Part shown: positions 45,519 to 53,655 of the stretch, piece by piece
How positions within the stretch are numbered: the first letter of the stretch is position 1
How the letters are laid out: the number at the start of each line of letters is the position of its first letter
Assembly: GCA_038060895.1 (NCBI GenBank)
Contig: JBBTCT010000018.1
Span: 26,300-90,299, forward strand
Direction: 5' to 3'
Origin: Planctomycetota bacterium
Lineage (GTDB): Bacteria > Planctomycetota > MHYJ01 > WSZJ01
DNA length: 64,000 nucleotides
Translations under genes and position numbers: made by a program
The notes under the pieces: generated by a model
The model's input: only the letters and a program-made list of their open reading frames with translations
Told to the model about the DNA's origin: nothing
The model's database searches: none

Positions 45519-46649
45519 TCAGAATTCCGAGGGGCCTATTTCCCGAGTCAACCAAGCCTCTTCCGCGGAGAGCGCATGGCTCAGGGAGTCGGGGCGGATC
45601 GTCGGGTGCCGAGCGAGCAAGTCAGCCGGTGACACGGAGGTTTCGTCCGGTATGCCGTGGCGTCCCAGCAGCAGCTGAAGCAGGTTCGCACGGACCACCC
45701 GAACGGCCTCGGACCTGCTTTCGATCCTCGACCGCTGCCTGCAAAGTTCCCGCAATCGCTCTACTTGGCGACAGACAATCCGCTTGCGTTCTTCGTCCTC
45801 GACCGGAATTGTCCCTTCGACTCCGCCGCCGACTTGCTCCAAGTTCTCGACCTGATACTCCCTCGACACAAGTCGGAGCAGTACCTCGCGAATCCGGTCA
45901 GCCGTGACGCGGATTCGAAAAGCTCCCCCACGTTGGCGGGTAAGAAATGGGCCTCCGGCACGGAGAATCCCCGCGACCGTCTCTTGCCGAATGTCCTCAT
46001 CCGGAAGTTCGCAACGCAGCGACTTGACGCTCTTTCGGACTCGATAATCGCGATCCAGCCGCCGGGCCGTCTTGCTTCGTGCCGAGTGAAACAGGGCTTG
46101 GTTGAAGGGGTCTTGGAGGGAGCCGTAGCGAATCTGATCAACGGCGTCTAGGTCTTCGGACCAAATGCCCGGGCCGAAGTCGAGAACCTTGAACTGAGCG
46201 AGCATCCGGCCGTACTTCGAGCGATCCTCGCGGCATCGCTGATCGGTCAGAGCGTCCCACGCAACCCAGGCTCGCATGAGGTCTTGCCGATTCTGTCCCG
46301 GCCGGAGCAAGCTACGCTCGCGAATTTCATCGCCGAGGATGGAAAAAAAGCGGGTGCAGACGCGAACGATTTGCAACCGGCGAACTTCGTAGGTGAGGTA
46401 CGTCTCGGCGGGCATGGAATCCCAAATCTCTCGTCGGATGATCCCGCCAAGCTCGTCTATGCGGGTCAGACCATAGGTCGTGTAGGTATCGAGCCAAGCG
46501 AGCGCCATCTGTCGCGTGAACTTGACCCTCGATACCGACGTGATCGGCCGGTAAAAGGGTCGCTTACTTTTGGGGGGTTCCACGTCTCGCCCTTCCGTGA
46601 AAGCGGGCCGAGGAAGTCGGGGGCGAGTCCGACTTACCTCGGTCCGCAA
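45519..46649 (-). CDS. Hypothetical protein (first gene inward from attR)
   Basis: 376-aa ORF with host-like codon bias. No family recognised and the start is uncertain. Confidence 0.45.
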   Translation of the reverse strand: MRTEVSRTRPRLPRPAFTEGRDVEPPKSKRPFYRPITSVSRVKFTRQMALAWLDTYTTYGLTRIDELGGIIRREIWDSMPAETYLTYEVRRLQIVRVCTRFFSILGDEIRERSLLRPGQNRQDLMRAWVAWDALTDQRCREDRSKYGRMLAQFKVLDFGPGIWSEDLDAVDQIRYGSLQDPFNQALFHSARSKTARRLDRDYRVRKSVKSLRCELPDEDIRQETVAGILRAGGPFLTRQRGGAFRIRVTADRIREVLLRLVSREYQVENLEQVGGGVEGTIPVEDEERKRIVCRQVERLRELCRQRSRIESRSEAVRVVRANLLQLLLGRHGIPDETSVSPADLLARHPTIRPDSLSHALSAEEAWLTREIGPSEF

Positions 46650-46877
46650 GCCTCGCGGGGAGCTACCCCGCGTCAGTCATTCTACCGTCAGAGCAGAGCC
46701 AACTAGCATCGAGGTTGGCACCGTCCCCGGCCCCGTCCGCGCATCGGTTCTCTTCGGCTGAGGTCGGTCCACGTCGGTTTGAACGTGAACCTCCGTTCGG
46801 CTTCAAGCGTTGACCCTGCAAGGGTTTCCCTCTAGGATTCCGCCCGCCGCGGGGTTGAATCCGCGACGGGCGAAACG

Positions 46878-46922
46878 GTTTTGTAAACACGAGGTTGCGG
46901 GTTCAAGTCCCGCGCCCAGCTT
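46878..46922. repeat. attR: 45-bp direct repeat copy of the tRNA-Thr 3' half
   Basis: Identical to 34857-34901. The sequences immediately upstream differ (..cccgt|g.. versus ..aaacg|g..). Confidence 0.95.
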
Positions 46923-47044
46923 CGAATCGAGGTGAGGGAGTCGGTGGAGGCTGCGTCGGGCGGCGGGCAGGGCGATGGCGGAGAACTTCAGCATTTGGCG
47001 CCGCCCGACTCCGCCTCCACACGACTCCCTCACCTCGATTCGAA
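46921..47044. repeat. IR8: long inverted repeat in the tRNA-Thr/tRNA-Tyr spacer
   Basis: Left arm 46921-46964 is ttcgaatcgaggtgagggagtcggtggaggctgcgtcgggcggc. The reverse complement of right arm 47000-47044 is ttcgaatcgaggtgagggagtcgtgtggaggcggagtcgggcggc. The outer 23 bp are perfect. Confidence 0.95.
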
Positions 47045-47101
47045 ATTGAACGACCCGGCGTATTGACAACAGGCGTTTTGACCTTCAAGAATTCGTGACT
47101 C

Positions 47102-47183
47102 GGGCAGATACCCAAGTGGCTAAAGGGGCCAGACTGTAAATCTGGTGGCTATGCCTTCGGGGGTTCGAATCCCTCTCTGCCCA
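47102..47183 (+). tRNA. tRNA-Tyr (anticodon GTA), long variable arm
   Basis: Hand fold: acceptor GGGCAGA/TCTGCCC, anticodon stem CCAGA/TCTGG with loop CTGTAAA, variable arm TGGCTATGCCTTC, T loop TTCGAAT. It aligns closely with the E. coli tRNA-Tyr layout. Confidence 0.9.
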
Positions 47184-47203
47184 TCGAAACGCGCCATTCA
47201 CGC

Positions 47204-47276
47204 GCGGGTGTAGCTCAATTGGCAGAGCGCCAGCCTTCCAAGCTGGCCGTTGTGGGTTCGAGCCCCATCACCCGCT
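47204..47276 (+). tRNA. tRNA-Gly (anticodon TCC)
   Basis: Acceptor GCGGGTG/CACCCGC, D arm TAGCTCAATTGGCAGAGC, anticodon stem CCAGC/GCTGG with loop CTTCCAA, T arm GTGGG-TTCGAGC-CCCAT. Confidence 0.95.
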
Positions 47277-47561
47277 TCAGGTTCCGACTTTTCTGACGGC
47301 CCGACGATGAGGGCTGATGATCGAGCGTTTCCGCCGCACAGTTCGCGCAATTTAAGGAACAGTGCGCCCGAGAGGGCCGTGTTTTTTCGTTTCTTGACGA
47401 GCGAAGCTAACTGGTTTTTGCCGTGTCGGAGAAGGAAGTGGTTCTGTTTTGGTCCAGCCAGTCAGCCTGCAGCGGCCCTAACTTTCGCGCGAGCGGTTCG
47501 TCCGTAACTTGCAGCCCCTCAGAGGCTTTGCTATTTTGCCGCCCCCTTGAGAGGAGGGCAC

Positions 47562-48710
47562 ATGTCCCGCAACATCTTCATCACGGCCACGCGGCCGAAC
47601 GAAGGCAAGACGGCGCTCACGCTCGGGCTCAGCGCCGCGTTCGTGAAAAAGGGCAAGCGCATCGGGTTCATCAAGCCGGTCGGGACCGCGGACATCGACG
47701 CGGGGAATTCCCGGTCAATCGATGAGGACACGCTCCTCATCGAGCGCGCCTGCCGCGTGCACTGCAACATCGAGGACATGAACCCCGTGACGCTCAAGCC
47801 GGGGTTCCCGGACCAGTTCGCGACGCCGGCGGCACGGCAGGGACTCATCGACCGCGTCAGGCGCGCCTACGACCGCGTCGCACAGGACAAGGAATTCGTC
47901 GTCATCGAAGGCACCGGCCACGCGGCGGTCGGGTCGAGCTGGGGCGTCTCCAACGCGGACATGGCCAAGCTCCTCAACGCCAAGGTCCTCCTCGTCGCTT
48001 CCGGCGGCGTCGGCCAGCCGATCGATGACATCCTCCTCAACAAGAAATTCTTCGAGGCCCAGGGCGTCGGCCTCCTCGGCGTCGTCATCAACAAGGTCTA
48101 TCCCGGCGAAATGGAGCGCATCGACAAGGTCGCCCGCAAGATCCTCGCCGAACACGACGTCGCCCTCCTCGGCGCCATCCCCTACGAGCGCGACCTCTAC
48201 ACGCCCACCGTCCTCCAGGTCCTCGAAACGCTTCGCGGCGACCTCCTCAACGGCGAGTCCGCCCTCAACACCCGCATCGGGAACGTCCTCATCGGCGCCA
48301 TGACCCCTCATAACGCCATGGACAAGTTCGAGGGCTCCTGCCTCCTCATCACCCCCGGAGACCGCGAGGACATGATCCTCGCCGCCCTCTCCATGACCCT
48401 CGTCGACCAGAAGAACCGCTTCTGCCTCGCAGGCCTCGTCCTCACCGGGGACATCTACCCGCGCAAGAACATCCTCGAGATCATCAAGAGGACGGGCGTG
48501 CCGGTGATGGTCGTGAAGAGCGACTCGTACGCGACGGCGAGCCGGGTGAACAACCTGGTAGTGAAGATCAGCCCGTGGGACAGCGCGAAGATCAACTACA
48601 TCGTGGACCTCGTCGGGAAATACGTGGAGGTCGACGAGGTGCTGAAGCGGATTGCGGAGGACGGCGGCGGGCCGAAGAGGGGGAAGAGTGGCGACAAGAA
48701 AGCCGAGTAG
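47562..48710 (+). CDS. BioD-like P-loop + DRTGG domain protein (phosphotransacetylase N-terminal-like)
   Basis: MSRNIFITATRPNEGKTALTLGLSAAFVKKGKRIGFIKPVG and LLITPGDREDMILAAL resemble the N-terminal regulatory half of Pta (AAA_26 + DRTGG). No PTA_PTB catalytic domain is present. ATG 47562 follows GAGGAGG. Confidence 0.65.
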   Translation: MSRNIFITATRPNEGKTALTLGLSAAFVKKGKRIGFIKPVGTADIDAGNSRSIDEDTLLIERACRVHCNIEDMNPVTLKPGFPDQFATPAARQGLIDRVRRAYDRVAQDKEFVVIEGTGHAAVGSSWGVSNADMAKLLNAKVLLVASGGVGQPIDDILLNKKFFEAQGVGLLGVVINKVYPGEMERIDKVARKILAEHDVALLGAIPYERDLYTPTVLQVLETLRGDLLNGESALNTRIGNVLIGAMTPHNAMDKFEGSCLLITPGDREDMILAALSMTLVDQKNRFCLAGLVLTGDIYPRKNILEIIKRTGVPVMVVKSDSYATASRVNNLVVKISPWDSAKINYIVDLVGKYVEVDEVLKRIAEDGGGPKRGKSGDKKAE

Positions 48711-48723
48711 CGGGCCGAAGGCC

Positions 48724-49518
48724 GTGCTGGACGTCGCGGTGGGCGGCGCGTGCGGCAAGATGGGGGAGCGCATCCTCGCCGTCCTGGCGGGCGAGGCCGG
48801 GTGCCGGCTGGCCGCGGCGATCGAGCGCGAGGGGCACCCGGGAGCGGGGAAGGATGTCGGGGAAGCGCTGGGGCAGGCGAAGCGCGGCGTGCCGCTCGAG
48901 TCGGCGCTGTCGCGCAAAGTGGACGTGCTCATCGACTTCTCGCACTTTTCAGCGACGGCGGCCCGGCTTGCGGAGTGCGTGAAGCTCGGCGTGCCGATGC
49001 TGGTGGGGACGACCGGCCTCGAGGCGGCGACGCGCGAAGCACTGCAGGCCGCGGGGAAGAAGATCCCCGTGTGCGTCGCTTCGAACGTGTCCGTCGGCGC
49101 GAATCTTCTGTTCAGGCTGGCGGCCGAGGCGGCCAAGGTTCTTGGCGACGCGTACGACGTCGAAATCGTGGAAGCGCATCACCGCATGAAAAAGGACGCG
49201 CCTTCGGGCACGGCGCTCACGCTGGCGCAGCGCGTCGCGGAGGCACTCGGGCGCGATCTTGAAAAGGAGCGCCGCGACGGGCGCAAGGGGGACGTCGGGG
49301 CGAGGACGACCGGCGAGATCGGGATCCATGCGGTTCGCGCCGGCGACATCGTCGGCGAGCACACGATTACTTTCGCGGGACTCGGGGAGCGCATCGAGAT
49401 CGTCCATCGCGCTTCAACCCGGGATACTTTCGCTCGCGGCGCGGTCCGTGCGGCCTGCTGGCTGGCGGGGGCGAAAGCGGGGTACTACAAGATTGAGGAA
49501 GCGCTCGGGATGGAGTAA
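48724..49518 (+). CDS. dapB: 4-hydroxy-tetrahydrodipicolinate reductase DapB
   Basis: VAVGGACGKMG is the NAD(P)-binding motif, with VGTTG and EIVEAHHRMKKDAPSGTA as the DapB signature. The start is uncertain; I chose GTG 48724, and the track start 48652 overlaps the upstream gene. Confidence 0.9.
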   Translation: MLDVAVGGACGKMGERILAVLAGEAGCRLAAAIEREGHPGAGKDVGEALGQAKRGVPLESALSRKVDVLIDFSHFSATAARLAECVKLGVPMLVGTTGLEAATREALQAAGKKIPVCVASNVSVGANLLFRLAAEAAKVLGDAYDVEIVEAHHRMKKDAPSGTALTLAQRVAEALGRDLEKERRDGRKGDVGARTTGEIGIHAVRAGDIVGEHTITFAGLGERIEIVHRASTRDTFARGAVRAACWLAGAKAGYYKIEEALGME

Positions 49519-49525
49519 GCGGTCG

Positions 49526-49798
49526 CTACTTGATCTTCTCTTCCATCATGCGTCCGGGCTTGAACGTCACCACGCGTTTCTCCGCCACGAAGACCTCGGC
49601 TCCCGTGCGGGGATTTCGCGCCTTGCGCGCCTTGCGCATCTTGACCTCGAACACGCCGAAATTACGAAGCTCGATACGTCCGTTGGCGATCAGCGTCTCG
49701 AGGATGGCATCGAACGTCCCCTGGACGACTTTCTTCGCGTCGACCTGTGAGAGCGTGAAGCGGTCGGCGAGGGTCTTGACGATGTCCTTCTTCGTCAC
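49526..49798 (-). CDS. HU/IHF-family DNA-binding protein
   Basis: 90 aa. ...[41 protein letters not shown] is the typical HU/IHF beta-arm. Confidence 0.9.
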   Translation of the reverse strand: MTKKDIVKTLADRFTLSQVDAKKVVQGTFDAILETLIANGRIELRNFGVFEVKMRKARKARNPRTGAEVFVAEKRVVTFKPGRMMEEKIK

Positions 49799-50075
49799 GG
49801 GGGAGCCTCCTTAACTTGCGTCGGGGCGTCGCTTCTAAAGCGCGGAACTAAAACGATTTAAGTACAGAGGAAGAACATAAGCCTCTTGCGGGGGGCGAGT
49901 CAAGCGGCTTTTTTTGCAAATCGCTCGCAAGTCGTTATGGCGAAGGGATTTCGTGGAAGCGTGATGCCGCCGGCGGTTTGTCCCGGCCGATGGCGATGCC
50001 GCCGCAACTTCCCTTCCCACGGAGTCTTGCGATGGAACCCGCTCCGCGGCGGTCGCGCGTGGGTATGATCCCGGA

Positions 50076-52223
50076 ATGGCCGCTTCCACCCGAACTTCGC
50101 TGGCGCTCAAGGGAATGACCTGCGCGAGTTGCGTGGGGCGCGTCCAGACTGCGCTGGCGGCGGTCCCCGGGGTGTCCCGTGCGAACGTCAATCTGGCGAC
50201 GGAGCGCGCCACGGTCGAGTCGGAGGGCGTCGATCCGGTCGCGCTGGTTGCGGCGGTGCGTGGCGCCGGGTACGAGGCGTCGCTGGTCGAAACGGGGGCG
50301 CCTCCGGCCGCGGCGGAGGCTGCGCGCGGCGACCTCCGTCTGCCGGTCGCGCTCGCTGGAGCGGCCGCGCTGATGGCGCTCTCGATGGACGAGATGTTCC
50401 TCGGCCACGGACGCCATTTCGTTCCCGACCCTCCACTCCGGTGGATCCTGCTCGCGATCGCCACTCCGGTCCAGCTGTGGTGCGGTTGGCCCTTCCTGCG
50501 CGGCGCCATCGCCTCGGCCAGGCACTTCGCCGCCGACATGAACACGCTCGTCGCGGTGGGCACCTGGTCGTCGTTCCTCGTCTCGTTCGCGGCGGCGCTC
50601 GGCCACGGCCATGGTTTTTATTTCGAAACCGGCGCGACGATCATCGCGCTGATCCTGCTCGGGCGAACGCTCGAACACCGTGCCCGGCGGCGCGCCGGAG
50701 CGGCGATCCGCAAGCTCATGGAACTGCGGCCCGCGACGGCGCGCGTCGTCGTCGCGGGGACGGAATCGGAGGTGCCCGTCGAGCGGGTCCGCGCCGGAGA
50801 CCTCGTGCGCGTCCGCCCTGGCGAGCGGCTCGCCGTGGACGGCGAGGTCGTCGAGGGCGAGTCGCCGATCGACGAATCCATGGTCACCGGCGAATCCATG
50901 CCCGTCACCCGTCGCCCCGGCGACCCCGTCACCGGCGGCACCGTCAACGGAAGCGGCTCGCTGCTCTTCAAGGCCACGCGCGTCGGCGGCGAAACCCTGC
51001 TCGCGCAGATCGTCCGCGCGGTCGAGGAGGCGCAGACGCGCAAGGCGCCGGTCGAGCGGTTGGCCGACCGGGCTGCGGGCGTCTTCGTGCCCTTCGTTCT
51101 CATCGCCGCCGCCGTGACTTTCGCCGGCTGGTGGATCGCGAAGAACGACCCCGCCGCCGGTTTTCTCCCGGCCGTCGCGGTCCTCGTCATTGCATGCCCC
51201 TGTGCTCTGGGCCTGGCAACGCCGACCGCGGTGATGGCCGGCATCGGCCGCGGCGCGGAAAAAGGGATTCTCATCCGGGGCGGGGAAGCGCTGGAAGTCG
51301 CGCACAAACTGAGGACGATCGTCTTCGACAAGACGGGCACGCTCACCGAGGGCCGCCCCGAGGTCGTTGACGTCCTGACGCTCAGTCCAGACTTCCTCCC
51401 ACTCGCGCTCGCCGCAGAAAAGCGCAGCGAGCACCCGCTTGCCCGCGCCATCGTCCGCTTCTCAGAAAAGAAAACATCGGGCTCCCCCGAGCCCGACGAT
51501 TTCTTCTCGTACTCGGGAAGCGGTGTCGAAGCGACCCTCCAGGGACGCACCGTCGTCGTGGGCTCGCCGGAATTCCTCGCCGGCCGTGGAATCGACGTCG
51601 CCCCCGCCGGGACGTTCGTGATGCGGAACCGCGTCGAGGGGCGCACCGTCGTGGCGGCAGCCATGGAAGAGCGCCTGCTCGGCGCCTTCGCCGTCGCCGA
51701 CCCCGTCCGCCCCGCCGCCCGCGAAGCCGTAGATTCCCTCAAGCGCCGCGGACTTGCCGTCGTCATGCTCACCGGCGACAACGCCGTCACAGCAGAATCC
51801 GTCGCAAAGGCCGCCGGCATCGACCGCGTCGTCGCCCAGGTCCTCCCGAAGGAAAAGGCCGCGAAGATCACGGAGCTCCAGTCCGCCGGCCCTGTCGCCA
51901 TGGTCGGCGACGGCATCAACGACGCCCCCGCCCTCGCCACCGCCGACGTCGGCATCGCGATGGGCACCGGGACGGACATCGCGGCCGAAGCGGGACACAT
52001 CGTGCTGGTGCGGGGCGACATCCGCGACGTGGAGACGGCCATCAACCTGAGCGCGCGCACCCTGCGCACCATCCGCCAGAACCTGTTCTGGGCGTTCTTC
52101 TACAACCTCGTGCTCATTCCCGCCGCGGCGCTCGGCTGGCTCAACCCGATGCTCGCGGCGCTTGCAATGGCGTTCTCGAGCGTGAGCGTGGTGATGAATT
52201 CGCTGAGGTTGAGGCGGGCTTAG
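50076..52223 (+). CDS. copA: Copper-translocating P1B-type ATPase
   Basis: One HMA domain (GMTCASCVGRV), the CPC motif (ACPCALGLATP), the phosphorylation site DKTGTLT, and the hinge GDGINDAP. Confidence 0.95.
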   Translation: MAASTRTSLALKGMTCASCVGRVQTALAAVPGVSRANVNLATERATVESEGVDPVALVAAVRGAGYEASLVETGAPPAAAEAARGDLRLPVALAGAAALMALSMDEMFLGHGRHFVPDPPLRWILLAIATPVQLWCGWPFLRGAIASARHFAADMNTLVAVGTWSSFLVSFAAALGHGHGFYFETGATIIALILLGRTLEHRARRRAGAAIRKLMELRPATARVVVAGTESEVPVERVRAGDLVRVRPGERLAVDGEVVEGESPIDESMVTGESMPVTRRPGDPVTGGTVNGSGSLLFKATRVGGETLLAQIVRAVEEAQTRKAPVERLADRAAGVFVPFVLIAAAVTFAGWWIAKNDPAAGFLPAVAVLVIACPCALGLATPTAVMAGIGRGAEKGILIRGGEALEVAHKLRTIVFDKTGTLTEGRPEVVDVLTLSPDFLPLALAAEKRSEHPLARAIVRFSEKKTSGSPEPDDFFSYSGSGVEATLQGRTVVVGSPEFLAGRGIDVAPAGTFVMRNRVEGRTVVAAAMEERLLGAFAVADPVRPAAREAVDSLKRRGLAVVMLTGDNAVTAESVAKAAGIDRVVAQVLPKEKAAKITELQSAGPVAMVGDGINDAPALATADVGIAMGTGTDIAAEAGHIVLVRGDIRDVETAINLSARTLRTIRQNLFWAFFYNLVLIPAAALGWLNPMLAALAMAFSSVSVVMNSLRLRRA

Positions 52224-52477
52224 CGTCTTGGAGGCACCCGTCGGAACCGAAAATGCGCGCCTCGGCCCTCGGCGCAATAACCAAATGACGAGATCGGTCG
52301 AGCTCGTCGTGGTTTGCGCAATACGGACCGAATCTTACTCTCGTCCTCCCCTCGAGTTCCCCGAATGCCGATTTGCTTCATCATCGACTCGGGAGCGAGG
52401 CCGAGCAAATCCGCGCTGTTGGCAACGATCGCGGCCGTCGTCAAAAAGTCGCTGTAATCCGAGCTGCCTGGGAGCTC

Positions 52478-53416
52478 CTACTTGATGGCTTGGGGCGTTC
52501 TCTCCCATACCTTTCGGAGTACGGTTTCCAGGCGGTCGCGCACTTCCTGGTCCGCGTGACTCTTCATCAGGTCCGCGATCACGGCCGCTGCCGACGCCCC
52601 CTTAGCAACGATCGCGTCGCTCGCGCTCAGCCGCTCGTTCGTGTCCTTCGACACGAGGTGGTCGGCGAGCGCGCGGACCCTGTCCTCGTCCTCCTTGGCG
52701 AGCTTCGGCGGGCTCGTCGCCGCGAGCTCGGCCAGGATCTCCTCGACCTCGGGGCGCATGACGTAGACGTACTCGAACGTCACTCGCGGGTTCTTGAACT
52801 CGCGCACGCGGATGTGAACGTAGCCGCCCTCGCCGCTGCGGAGGCGGAAGCCGTTGGTGGCGGGCTGTGTCTCTTTGAGGTCCACCTCGCCGGCCTGAAG
52901 CGCCTCTGCCATCTCCTTGCGCTTTGTCGCGTCGATTTTTCCGAAACCCTCCGGGACGCCGGGGGCGATGCCGTGGAGGCCGCGGATGGTGATCATCGAA
53001 GCGCCGCCCGCGGAGCGGACGATCGCGACGTCGCCCTTGTGGCCTTCGCCGACTTTGTCCTCCTCGAAGCGCCACGTTTCGCGGCCGAAGCAGTCGAGCT
53101 GGAACTGGCCGATTTTGAAGTACGTCGGGAACGCGCCGGCGACGCCGCGGTGGATGATCTTGTCCTCCTTGTTGATGCGGGCGCGGATCTCGAGTGAGTA
53201 GAGCTTGAATCGTTCGGCGTCAAAGGTGCAGGAGGCTTCGCCCGTCTTTGCGATTTCCTTCTCAATGCCGGGCTCGACGAGGAAGACGTGGTACTGGTCG
53301 ACGTCCTCATTTTTCGGCCAGGTCACGGTGAGCTTGCCATCCTTGAACGTGCTCTTGAGGTCGTCGGCAACGGAGGGGAGGCAGAGGAGGCTGGCGAGTG
53401 CGAATGCGAGGCGCAT
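52478..53416 (-). CDS. Secreted hypothetical protein
   Basis: Signal peptide is MRLAFALASLLCLPSVA. 312 aa, no family recognised. The C-terminal helical part contains a HEAT-like repeat. Confidence 0.55.
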   Translation of the reverse strand: MRLAFALASLLCLPSVADDLKSTFKDGKLTVTWPKNEDVDQYHVFLVEPGIEKEIAKTGEASCTFDAERFKLYSLEIRARINKEDKIIHRGVAGAFPTYFKIGQFQLDCFGRETWRFEEDKVGEGHKGDVAIVRSAGGASMITIRGLHGIAPGVPEGFGKIDATKRKEMAEALQAGEVDLKETQPATNGFRLRSGEGGYVHIRVREFKNPRVTFEYVYVMRPEVEEILAELAATSPPKLAKEDEDRVRALADHLVSKDTNERLSASDAIVAKGASAAAVIADLMKSHADQEVRDRLETVLRKVWERTPQAIK

Positions 53417-53655
53417 GAAGCGGGGTCTCCGGGAGGGGAGTTTCTAAAGATTCCGGTTGCGGAAGGCGGCCGTTCGATCCTGAAGGACATCGATCCATAA
53501 GTGATTGTAGGCGAAGGGCTTGCGTTGCGAGAAGCGACACCTGTCACGTCAACTACAAAAACACATCAGCTTGTGATAACCGAGCCCCTTCTGGACATCC
53601 CCCTCCCGCGAAAATAAAATCTCCACTTCACCCTTTCCCCCCGGAGACCCTTGAC

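Larger units (their letters stand above)
34857..46922. mobile_element. 12-kb integrative element (phage-satellite/PICI-like or small genomic island) inserted in the 3' end of tRNA-Thr
   Basis: A perfect 45-bp direct repeat of the tRNA 3' half sits at both ends. A tyrosine integrase lies next to attL. The element also carries an RHH protein, three Xis/AlpA-like HTH proteins, a prim-pol + DUF3987 replicase and a HicAB toxin-antitoxin pair. The cargo part has lower GC: hand count 33/60 for 39721-39780 versus 46/60 for host line 14401-14460. No capsid or tail genes were recognised. Confidence 0.9.

Noticed and set aside
47352-47385. Possible terminator after tRNA-Gly (GCCC-GAGA-GGGC then GTGTTTTTT), and possible promoter TTGCAG-17-TATTTT at 47509-47537
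   Set aside because: The stem is only 4-5 bp and the promoter hexamers are weak. Both are plausible but too weak to list as features.
52220-52444. 74-aa minus-strand ORF downstream of copA with a Fis/HTH-looking stretch (AAIVANSADLLGLAPESMMKQIGIRG)
   Set aside because: It needs a TTG start, has no RBS and an Arg-rich tail, and lies in a lower-GC patch. At best it is a remnant of a regulator C-terminus, which is not enough to call a gene or pseudogene.
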